DNA of 64,000 bases. Origin: Octopus vulgaris (Eukaryota). Below, one piece after another: positions 27,700 through 39,040 of this stretch. Position 1 is the first letter of the stretch, and each line of letters opens with the position of its first letter. The stretch is taken from assembly GCA_951406725.2 (NCBI GenBank), contig OX597814.1, forward strand, positions 133,672,001-133,736,000, read 5' to 3'. The notes beneath the pieces were generated by a model, which saw only the letters and a list, made by a program, of their open reading frames with translations, was not told the DNA's origin and did no database searches. Position numbers and translations under genes: made by a program.

Positions 27700-28527
27700 A
27701 ATTTTACTTTGACTTTTCTTAGTGCAAGCTTTGAAGAGTGCTGTTCGATTTTAATAGTTGCTTTTTCAAAGCTATAATGAAAGTGGCAAAGGAGCATATT
27801 CGGCATATTTGACTTTATGAGTTCAAAAAGGCAACAACGCAACGGAAAGTGCGAGGCATATTTAAGCAGTTTATGGGGATCGGAAAATAAGCGTAGGCCA
27901 GTGTCAATGGTGGTTCGAGAAATTCCGAGCCGTAAACTACAGCCTGGAAGATGAGCCACATCCTGGAAGATGAGCCACATCCTGGAAAATGAGCCACATC
28001 CTGGAAGATCTGCAGAGCTCGACGAGGAAGTCCTGCAAAACTTGGTGGAACAAAATTCCATAGTTCCTGTTGAGGAACTAGCAGAGAAGCTTCGATTTGG
28101 ACATTCAACCATTCAACTACACATGCCCTAGAAGTAAAACGACCATCGTCAGTTTCAAGACGAAATGTGTTCTTCTATCAGCATAATGCTCGGCTACATA
28201 CAGCGACGATGACATTCCAAAGACTAGAGCAGTTTGAATGGGAAACGATGCTCGACCTACCATATTCGCCAGACATTTCCCCATCTGATTGTCAATTTAT
28301 TCCACAGTCTTCAAAATCATTTGGACGGAAAAAAATATGAATTCTGTAGGCGAGGAGTATTTTACGTCATAGACAAGTGAATTTCGGAAGTGAGGCCTTG
28401 CAAGTCTACCAGATCGATGAAAGAACATTGTAGAAAATGAAGGAGAACATATTTTAGCTCAAAATATAGTAATTTTGAAAAGTAAAAGAATTATGAAAAG
28501 AAACTGCATTATTTAGTGTATGACCCA

Positions 28528-28530
<3 letters not shown>
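27700..28530 (+). mobile_element. Degraded, internally deleted mariner element
   Basis: EHIRHI.LYEF..QWWFEKFRAVNYSLEDEPHPGR..EELAEKL..HNARLHTA..EWETMLDLPYSPDISPSD; right end ..tatgacccagta next to (TA)n; left TIR not found. Confidence 0.85.
27943..28009 (+). repeat. 19-bp tandem repeat, about 3.5 copies (cctggaagatgagccacat)
   Basis: Read directly from the sequence; lies inside the mariner HTH linker. Confidence 0.9.
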
Positions 28531-28585
<55 letters not shown>

Positions 28586-28587
<2 letters not shown>

Positions 28588-29480
28588 CATAAAGGTAAAT
28601 AGAAATTAGAATAATTTATTAACAGTGGTTCGCATGCGTTAGAAAATTCATAAGACAACATATTTTCATGTATAAGAGTGTATAAAGATTTATTAGGCAC
28701 GAAGAGAAGTCCCACGACAGGACTTCTTACATGCTAAAAAGAGCAGTTAAGCCCAAACCATGAAAACATTAATTCTAAAGGCAAGTCGATCATGGCATTA
28801 GAATGAAAGGAATTATTGTTAGTTAATCCCATACTCGAGTTTCCTATTAATGAGCAAATAAATTAATTTGTCATCTGTAGTTCATCAGCGGGATCGCTAA
28901 AATAATGCATAATTATGTAGCTTAATACATACCAAAAAAAAACACGAGTGACCTGCATCCTTATACATTATGGATTTAAATCAAGCGCGGAAGCACAGAC
29001 CCATAGCCAGCAGCAAATAATGAATTACTATTAGCCTCAAAATTAGGAAATTTTACTGTGTAAGTCATAAGGGTAAAAAGTTAGAGTAATTTATTACCAA
29101 TAGCTCCTCTCAATCTATTTCTAAGAACACGAGCCAAAAAGAGAGACGTTTGACCCATTAGAAATAGCAGTCCATTTCTCCTGGCAGTTTAAAATTTATT
29201 ACTTGCTGATGGCTATGTGAATGCGCTTCCGAACTTGATTTCAATACATTGTTTTAGATATCCCATTGATGAACTACAGATGACAAATTAATTTCTTTGC
29301 TCATTAATACGGAAACTCGAGTACGGCATCAACTAATAATAATTCCTTTCATTCTAGTGCCATGATGGGCCAGTGTTTAGAATTATCTTTTTCGTGATTT
29401 TGGCTTAAATTCCCTTTTTAGTATGTATGAAGTCCCTTCATTGGTCTTCTCGTTGTGTATAAATCTTTACATAACCTTAT
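28586..29480. mobile_element. (TA)n-flanked PLE cassette with diverged inverted pseudo-LTRs
   Basis: Inverted repeats ~28671-28910/29247-29480 and ~28975-29025/29193-29243, with a hammerhead motif in each long arm. Confidence 0.75.
28826..28894 (-). ncRNA. Type I hammerhead motif
   Basis: AUCCCG-CUGAUGA-a-CUA..UAG-GAAA-C UCGA G-UA-UGGGAU. The mirror copy at 29260-29329 (+) has UUGAUGA. Confidence 0.78.
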
Positions 29481-29496
29481 ATATATATATTTAAAG

Positions 29497-29812
29497 ACTC
29501 CGCCGGTTACGACGACGAGGGTCCCAGCTGATACGATCAACGGAACAGCTTGCTCGTGAAATTAACGTGCAAATGGCTGAGCATTCCACAGACACGTGTA
29601 CCCTTAACGTAGTTCTCGGGGATAATCAGCGTGACACAGGGAGTGACAAGGCTGACCCTTTGAAATACAAGTACAACTCATTTTTGCCAGCTGAGTGGAC
29701 TGGAGCAACGTGAAATAAAGTGTCTTGCTCAAGGACACAATGCGTCGCCGGGAATCGAAATCACAACCTTACGATCATGAGCCGAATGCCCTAAGCACTA
29801 AGCCACGCGCCC
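29497..29812 (-). mobile_element. tRNA-derived SINE (second family)
   Basis: Head ggcgcgTGGCTTAGTG (A-box-like) and gatTTCGATTCCc (B-box-like), followed by gtgtccttgagcaagacactt; related copy at 33800-33938. Confidence 0.82.
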
Positions 29813-29815
29813 TCA

Positions 29816-29906
<91 letters not shown>

Positions 29907-32023
29907 ATATATATATATATATATATATAACAATTTCATTTATAATTACCAATTCGCTGTAACAAATAGTCCGTCCACAAAATTGCATCTTTCATATTTG
30001 TTTCTTTTATTGTTCCCGAAAACCTTCACATCCATTGATTTAACAAGCTAAGTACACCCTTATCCAAAGAACACCAATGCATTTTTCAATTCTTCTTTTG
30101 TGGAACCGAAGCTTTTCTCTTGTATACGAAGTATCAAACAATGTCCCCTATCCCGGAACTGCAAATCATTTATTAGATTTACCCTGACCGCGCAATACAT
30201 TTTTACACAATACATTTTTAGCATCAGATATATTTCCCGTTAAAGTCATTTTCTAAATTTGCTGTTTCCTTTATGCTGCAAGCAGTTTATTATTGAGCTT
30301 GTTTCTAGGAATCCGGTTATATCAAACATTGTTTTGTTTTCGTTTGTTTGCTTCTCACACTACCTTTATGTGTTCAAATTTACATTTCTTAAGCATCTAT
30401 TTTATAGAATATTCAAAATTCTATATAAACTGATTCATGTCTGTTTATATGTTTACAAGTGTAAATATTTTATGTAATATAGTAATATATTTTTGCAAAA
30501 TACTTTCTAAATACTGTATTGACATATTTCTGAAAGTTCACTACTTTTTCATTTTGAACAAAATTTATTCTCAAATGACATCCATTACTCCATCAACAAT
30601 ATTGCCAATTTTTAACAATTCCACCATTTGTCGCTAAATTAAACTTTCATCGAATTTCATCGAGTTTAGCCAAATTGCAAGAAGAAGAAATCTCCTGGTG
30701 AAATTTTTTAAAGTTTCCTTCGATTAGCTGTAGAATTTAATCAACACCCATAGTATCTAAACTGGATTAGTTATTTGAAATGGTTTCTTCGTTTGTCTTT
30801 TTTTAGTAAGTGCTCTGGAATGTTCTTGCCTTCAAAAGTAAATATTTAAAAAACCAAATGAAGTTCAATTACGGAAAGAGCAATATTTAATTTCATCGTG
30901 CAACAAACGTCGGTTTTATTTACGTTTTTTACGATTTATTTAACTAATGTTTTTGTATCCATGATATTTTTAATAGATTGTCATGTTTCAAATCTTGGAA
31001 AGAAAGAACAATCTATTAAAAAAAGGTTTAAAATAAGAGTTGTTTCTCGTTTCGGTGTACTTTTGCAGCATGCAATTCATTTCCTCGTAATGTTATTTGT
31101 ATTATAGAATTAAAGTTTATTTTGAATTAAACTTTTTTCTCTTGAAGTTCCATTAAAACGACATTTATACCCTCCGGATTTTATAATACCTAAAATAATG
31201 TTTATGAAAAAAATTAAATACAAACATCACTGCGTTGTTCCTTGAGTAGTGATAATTGCCTCTCATTGTAAGATGCTATTGCATTCATACCGTTAGAAAC
31301 CACCTGCCAGAAATTATTATTAAATTAGTAATCATATTTTTTTATTTGAATCCTTATTATAGTGATGCAAATATACATGCCTTTACAAATAAAATTCAGA
31401 ACAAAAATTGGGCACCAAGCATCCCATTTCTACTATGCATGTTATTTAATAAAGTACGAACATTTTTCCTTTATTTTCCTTTTTTCATCTTGTTTTTTGT
31501 TTTTTTTTGCTGACAGTCACTTTTTCTCAAAACCCAAATCTAACACTCTGCAACACTCATTCACTGCAAATATCTACACTCCTATAGTTTTGTCTACTAC
31601 ATTATCTTTTTATCCTTTTTATATCACTTCTGCTCACAAATATAATTTACATTGCTTTCGCAGACCATATTGTTATAGCTATTATTATTTTGAAAAAGAG
31701 ACGAAAATAGTGTTTGCGTATGACAACTGAATCTGAGCATATTACTTTTATTCGTGAGTTTATATGTAAGCGTTTGTATGTATATTTGTGGGGGGATGTT
31801 TAACTATTTCCTCCTTTCAAATTAACTGTTTTACCGTTTACCAAATAATTTCTAAATAGGTTCATATGTAGTCTTCAAAAAATAATTCAAAAATGTGATG
31901 TCAACAGACAATATTATTACTTTATAAAATTATATGTTTATACTAATAAAGTTTCATGCGCAGTTACCTGTCCCACTGTAAATAACAACAAAAGTTCGAT
32001 CACATCCCAACAAATAAAGATAT

Positions 32024-32103
<80 letters not shown>

Positions 32104-32164
32104 GCGTGTATATATATATATCTTAGCTGCTTTCTGGTATACGAGCAAAGTCATTGCTAGAAAG

Positions 32165-33140
32165 AATCACTGAAATGAGTCATTGTTGATGCATTGTGAG
32201 GCCCCTGTATGACTCTTGAGTCTGGCGGAAGATTTGCACCTTCTGTTGCATAACGTGCAGCTGTGCTGGCTGGCAGAAGGAACAGGTGCCACAGTATGAT
32301 CTATTTTGACTTTTCAATACTCCATCTGAGAGGCACACCTTTCCACGGGTTGCACATGTTCTCTTGTGAACAATAACCATATCACAATTTAGCATGGATT
32401 GATTCCTGTGAGTTCTCTGATGGCTGACCAAGCCCGGACGACTCCAGCACCTCCTCCCACAAATCACACATACAAAAAAAGCAACAACCCCTTTTTCTCC
32501 ACAGGTTCATTCTTTCCAAGCCTTCTCTTAATCTTTTCGTGCTTCATTTTCTCTCTTTCAAACTTAGGACAACCAATGTGCACCCTCTTCCTCCGTTCAT
32601 CTCGGTTTTGTTCCCTCCCTCTCACAATCAACAACTGAAACTCCTGACTTTGTCAGCAATTCTGCAGCAATCCTTGAAACTCATTTTGGGTTTATGCGCT
32701 GGTCTACTACCATATTCCAGCTCACCATACAAAAGTTGCTTGGGAAGTCTTTCATCGTTCATTCTTACCATATGCCCACCCCACCTCAAACGACTTTGCA
32801 GAGTCATTGATTATACTCTTCTACTACCACTTCTCTCAAGTACTTCCTCATCACTGATGGCCATTTTCCAATTCATCCCAAGAATTTTCCTAAGACAATA
32901 TTGACGATCTGGTTCCAAATGCCTTAAATGCCGACGATAAACAACCCATGTCTCACTTCCATATATCAAAGATGGCAGGATAGATGTACTATAAACCCTA
33001 ATTTTAATTTGGAAATATATAATATAGCGTGACCAGAGACACTTGTTGAGCCTACCAAAGGCACTACTTGCCTTGCTGATTCTATATGAAATTCCATCAT
33101 GACCAGCAGTGCTCAAAGTACTTCCAAAATATGTAAGTTC
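32165..33140 (-). mobile_element. RTE-clade LINE 3' fragment with C-terminal C2H2 zinc fingers
   Basis: TYFGSTLS..RISKASSAFGRL..KIRVY..LIYGSETW..CLRKILG..RLRWGGHMVRMNDERLPKQLLYGEL..CVICGRRCWSRPGLVSHQRTH. Confidence 0.88.
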
Positions 33141-33367
33141 GCTCTTGAGTGTCATTGGTCGCACTTGAGATTTACTGGAAACAAGTAATCCAGTACAACC
33201 TGTAACATGGTCGGGTCATCGATGATTAAACCCCACCAAGGTTGCTTGGTGAGGAGGAGGATTGTCGAACACCCAGCGGGACGAGAATTAAGACCCGTCA
33301 AAAGCCGGAAGAAATAATGAGTAGTCAACGGCCATTCAACAATGTGTGTATGTCTAATATATGTGTA

Positions 33368-33434
<67 letters not shown>

Positions 33435-33799
33435 TAGTCATATTCTCTGCACGGAGAAACACTGTCCAATAACATGTGGAGGCACTGAGATTTGGAGAAA
33501 GAAAGCATCCTCAAACTGAATCATTTCTACAGATTGAGCTCAGGCAAGTATCAAAGTTTTATCTCCTTCTTAGTTACAGTCTCTCACTCTCACTCATTAA
33601 CTCTTTTTCTTTCTCTTTCACGTTTTCTCTCTATTTCTCTCTCGTTCTCTCTTTCCAAATATGTGAATATATCAAAACAATAACGATCAGACGTCTCTCC
33701 CGAAACGTATGCTCATAAGGCTGCTTTCTCGGATCCTGCGCCGTGTATATCCACCGCCGCCTGCCCTGGACAGGACGCCGGCTCGTCGCAGGATTATTG

Positions 33800-33938
33800 A
33801 TGTTGGCCAACTGAGTGGACTGAAGTAATGTAAAATGAAAAGTTTTGCTCAGGAAGACAATGCATCGTCTGGTCCAGGAGTCGAATTCACAAACTTTTGA
33901 TCGTGAGTGCAACACACTTACCAGTAAGTCACACGCCT
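33800..33938 (-). mobile_element. SINE head, same family as 29497-29812
   Basis: ctgagtggactgaagtaatgtaaaatgaaaagttttgctcaggaagacaatgc..ggagtcgaattcacaa. Confidence 0.72.
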
Positions 33939-33956
33939 CAACATAGATAAACAGGT

Positions 33957-34031
<75 letters not shown>

Positions 34032-34175
34032 GGCTGGCTGGCAGGCACACATACACATACACACAGACAGACAGACAAACCGAATAATGCGTTCTTTAAT
34101 CAGCTTACGTGCATTACGGATAGATTGGTAAATTCCAAATTTCAGTGAGACAGTAATGATGTAAAAAATTTAACG

Positions 34176-34331
34176 GAGTGTTTGTGTGGTAAAAAGCTTG
34201 CTTACCAACCACATAGTTCTGTGTTCAGTCCTATTCTGTGGAACCTTGGGCAAGTGTTTTCTACTATATCCTCGGATTGACCAAAGCCTTCTGAGTGGAT
34301 ATGGTAGACGGAAACTGAAAGAAGCCCGTCG

Positions 34332-34362
<31 letters not shown>

Positions 34363-35359
34363 ATAATAATAATATAAGGGAGTAATCCAAACTTAAGGGA
34401 AAAATTCGATTTAGGATTAAATCAAATTTCACTGTATAAATATAAATTAAATTAGAGATAAAACCACTATTAGGCAAATCAAACACTGAAACAAAAAAAA
34501 TAAATATAATTAATATAATTTACAAAATATACAAAATATAAATTTAAAATTTATATTATTTAAAAAATTTTAATTTATATTTATAAATAAATTTTTAAAA
34601 TTTTTTAATATTTTTAAAAATTTTAAATATATAAATTTAAAAATTTTTTTTAAATTTCTTAATTTATTATTATTTTTTTTATAAGTATCAAAAAGTATTA
34701 AAAAGTTTAATATAATATAATAAGTAAAACCACTACTTACGTTTCATGACCATAATTCAATTCGAATGACAATTAATTTAAATTCAATTAAAAATTTAAA
34801 TTATAATTATAGACAATCTTCAGGTTAATGATAATATTTAAATAAATAATCAAGTATATTTAAACAATATTTTTTTAAGAAATAAATAATATAATAATTT
34901 CATGGCCATAATTCATTTCGAATGACAATTAATTTAAGTTCAATTAAAGATTCAAATTATAATTATAGACAATCTTCAGGTTAATGATAATAGTTAAATA
35001 AATAATCAAATATATTTAAACAATATTTTTTAAGAAATTTTTCTCATAAACTTTAACGATTAGGATTATGTCATACAACCCAATAATTATGTTAAATAAA
35101 AATAATAATAATAAATTAAAAAATTAAAAATTAAAAGTTTAAAATTTTATACATTTAAATTTTTTTTTAATATTTTGTAAAAAATTTTAAAATGTATTTA
35201 TAAATATAAATAAAAATTTTTTTAAATAATATAAATTTTAAATTTTATATTTTTTATATTTTGTATATTATATTAATTATATGTATTTTTATGTTTTGGT
35301 TTATGTCTTTCACTGTTTGATTTGCCTAATAGTGGTTTTATCTCTAATTTAATTTATAT

Positions 35360-35442
<83 letters not shown>

Positions 35443-35682
35443 TGTATATATGTGTGTGTGCGTGTCGTTGTGTCTGTGTTTGTCCCCCATTACCGCTTAG
35501 CAACTTGTGTTGGCTTGTTTATGTCCCTGTAACCTAGTGGTTAGGCTAAAGAGAACGATAGAATAAGAAACAGGGTTTAAAAATAAATAGCGTGGCCGAT
35601 TCATTCTACTAAAAATTCAAGGCGGTGCCCCAGCATAGCCGCGGTCTAATGACTGAAACACGTAAAAGATAAACGTTAAAAG
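34176..35682 (+). mobile_element. Bipartite SINE with a ~1-kb PLE cassette (34375-35364) nested in its internal microsatellite
   Basis: Head 34176-34331; insert; (TA)n; body 35470-35682 ending in ggcggtgccccagcatagccgc..ctgaaac. Confidence 0.78.
34375..35364 (-). mobile_element. Extremely AT-rich PLE cassette with inverted and tandem pseudo-LTR segments
   Basis: Inverted repeat ~34435-34660/35120-35364; tandem duplicate ~34743-34885/34898-35036; hammerhead motif at 34731-34826 (CUGAAGA-U..U-GAAA-C GUAA G-UA). Confidence 0.7.
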
Positions 35683-36873
35683 ATCCCATAATTGATCGTT
35701 TCAACGATGACAGAAAGAAATTCATATCGTTGTATCCATATCAAACCTATATCACACTACTTGCAATAGAGAAGAAATTAAGGGAGATAGATAATAAAAA
35801 AAAATAATAATATTTGACCATTCTAAGGTACCTGCAGACCTACTTGGAAATTGTATTCATCAGATGAAACCTTAGGCTATGTAACAACAACTCTAGCTGC
35901 AGGCGAAGTTCATTAAATCAGAATCATATATATTTATAAATAAAATGCTAGGTATTATCACCCTGCTGATAAATCTTTTCTCCTAGAAAATATTACTATC
36001 GATTTTAAATACAAATATGTTGCGTATTACTGTTTGATTTCTATGTATTGCTTTTGTTTAAATTGGAAATTATTGTCCTGCGATTTTTCCTATTATTTAG
36101 GTAACAATATCCATAATTATTTCTTATGCTTTTGTTTTCATTTCCTTTATATTTTGCCGAATTCTTCTATATATATACTACATATTTCCAGGATCAAATA
36201 ACATTATAGCTTTCAGATATTTTGCCATGCAAAAAGAGACTCAGATAATTAGATTTAATGCTAATGTTACTAACAAAGCTTCATCATTTATGTGTTTTCT
36301 AAAGAATCAAGAATTATCATGTAGGATGAAATAACAATACGTGATAAAAAACCAACTTCTTTGTAAAGCTTAGTTTTTTCTGTTAATGTTTTCATAAAAA
36401 TCAATAACATCTTTTCAATAATCAAAGGATTTTCAAAAGAAGACACATTTTAAGAAAGAGTGAAATAGGCACAAACATCATAATATACAATATATCTTTG
36501 CGATAGTGTTTTACAGTGACAGCATAAAAATTGTGCTGATGTATACAATTACAGACTTGTGCGAAAAGAGTGATATATTACTGATTCTTCATGTTACAGA
36601 TCTGCGGGATTTCTTTATACAAAACTAAATGGTACATAAGTGTAAATGTATGTGTCTAAACTTCTAGGATATTAACTCTGTTATTATCTATTTCTCTATT
36701 CCCCCCTCTCTCAATCTATATGTATATATAACATATAGAGAGAGAAATGCATGGATAGATAGACAGATAGATATAAGATGTGATACCTTAAAGTATATTA
36801 TATATTATCATAGAATATATACACGTATATATACGTGTATATGTGTGTGTGCGCGCGCGTGTGTGCGTGTGTG

Positions 36874-37090
36874 TATCTGTAAATGTAATATGTAACAATT
36901 ATTCGGTAGCCATGATAAAACTCCGAGTTTCGGATTTTGGGGTGGAAATCCACGCCGCCATCTCTTCAGTTATCCGGTCATCGGAAAAAATGCTATGAAG
37001 CGATGGCGGCGTGGATTTCCACCTCGGCATCCGAAACTCGGAGTTTTATCATGGCTACCGACTAATTTTCACATATTACATTTACAGATA
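36874..37090. repeat. Long hairpin (~95-bp arms), probable inverted pseudo-LTR pair
   Basis: tatctgtaaatgtaatatgt..cggtagccatgataaaactccgagtttcggat pairs with the end of the interval; CUGAAGA..CCGAAAC on the minus strand. Confidence 0.75.
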
Positions 37091-37129
37091 TAAAGAATTT
37101 CAATTTTATTTTTATTCGAACTAATCAAC

Positions 37130-37445
37130 CCCGGTACTACTTGTTTTAAAGCCTACAATCAGTCTCTTATGCCAAATCACTTAGTTATGAGAAGTAAAGA
37201 CACCAACACCGATTGTAAAGCGGTAGAGAGAGGGGACAAACACAAGCACAAGGACACACACATGAATATACACACACACACACACATATATATACGATGT
37301 GCTTCTTTCAGTTTCCATCAACCAAAAATATTAACAAGGTTTTGGTCAGACCTAGACTATAGTAGAAGACACTTACTCAACTGTCGTGAGAGTGAACCTG
37401 GAACCATGTGATTGGGAAGCTAACTTCTTATATGACAGCACTGTC
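37130..37445 (-). mobile_element. Bipartite SINE, uninterrupted older copy
   Basis: Body 37130-37260, short (CA)/(TA) run, head 37295-37445. Confidence 0.7.
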
Positions 37446-37939
37446 TGCGCTTGAAACAATTCGACACTTACTTTGATGCTTCGACTGTGAAGCCTTTACC
37501 CAACAAAAATGTTACTTTGGTTTCTATGTCCGAGATAATTAGTTGAAGTTTATTTTACGGAGGGAGCAATACAGCTGTGTGTTGAGATACAATATTTTTG
37601 GGGGGTTTATAAACAAATGTATTTGAGCAATCACTAACCTCTGCTTCTATGGAATAAAAATATGCAGCCATGGTATATGCACATGAGAGAGAGAGAGAGG
37701 ACACAGCAAGAACTAATGGATAAGGAGTTTATTTCATGATCAAGAGTTCGATCCCGCTACACAGCAGGATAACGTTGTTTTTTTCTTCTCTACCATAGTG
37801 TCGAGTTGTCTTAGGTTGTATAAATGAATATGTGTAAACAGAAGCTGCTTTGAAGTCCATGTAGTAGACAGTACCTGTAATTAAAAGCCCAACCTTGCCA
37901 TACATTCTATCATGTATTCATCTATACATGCTGGAGTGG

Positions 37940-38119
37940 CCAGGCGCAGAAGTGGCCGTGGGGTAAGAAGCTTGCTTCCCAATCACATGGCTTCTGGGTT
38001 TAATCCCACTGCGTGGAACCTTGGGAAAGTGTCTTCTACTATAACCTCGGAATGACCAAAGGCTTGTGAGTGGATTTGGTAGACAGAAACTAAGAGAAGC
38101 CCGTCGTGTATATATTGGT

Positions 38120-38194
<75 letters not shown>

Positions 38195-38667
38195 ATATAT
38201 ATATACATATACATGGATCTATGGGTACAGGATGTCACCAATGGTGCAAAAAACATATAATACGTAAACAAACGAGGGAAAAACGAGTAAAATACGTAAA
38301 TAACGAGAAAGAAATAGGAAGCAGGACAAGTTAACACAGAAAAGAGCCCTTCATTGTTGTTGGCTGTCTATCATTCAACGACAAACTTCAAAGACAGTTG
38401 CTCCCATAAATTCTAAAATAAATTTAGGATTTATGGAGGGTCAAAGTTGGGAACAAAAAAAATTAAAATATTGAACACTGGGAGAAGCATTTTTCTTTTT
38501 TTTTTTTTTTGAAAAGAGAAAAGATAGAAGAGAGAGAAACACACGTCCGTTCGTTAAAATGTCCATGCAGGAAAAGTGAGATGGATGATGGTCACGTGTG
38601 AGCAACGAAAGAGAGAGAGAGAGACAGATAGAAAACGGTGAAAACGGTGACATCCATTTCCAAGTAC

Positions 38668-38702
<35 letters not shown>

Positions 38703-39040
38703 TGTATGTATGTATGTATGTATGCATGTATGTATGTATGTATATGTGTGTGTATGTATGTATGTATGTATGTATGTATGTATGTATGTGTATGTATGTA
38801 TGTTTGTATATATGTATACATATATATATTTATTTGTGTGTCTGTGTTTGTCTCTCCACCATCGCTTGGCAACCGATGTCGGTGTGTCTGCATCCCCGTA
38901 ACTTAGCGGTTCGGCAAAAGAGACCGAGAGAATTAGAACTAGGCTGGCTTATAAATAATGAGTTATGGGGTCTGTTTGTTCGAATAAAGGCGGTGCTCCA
39001 GCATGTCCGCAATCAAATGAATGAAACAAAAAATAAAAGA
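37940..39040 (+). mobile_element. Bipartite SINE with a nested cassette (38215-38667) in its internal microsatellite
   Basis: Head 37940-38106; insert bounded by ggatgtcacc/ggtgacatcc; (TATG)n; body 38835-39040. Confidence 0.78.

Noticed and set aside
29735-29812. tRNA gene
   Set aside because: The A/B-box-like region continues into a SINE body, recurs in diverged form, and I could not fold a full cloverleaf.
29980-30330. Possible Tc1 C-terminal remnant on the minus strand (EELKNAL..LVKSM)
   Set aside because: Only short scattered motifs, which is not enough to call.
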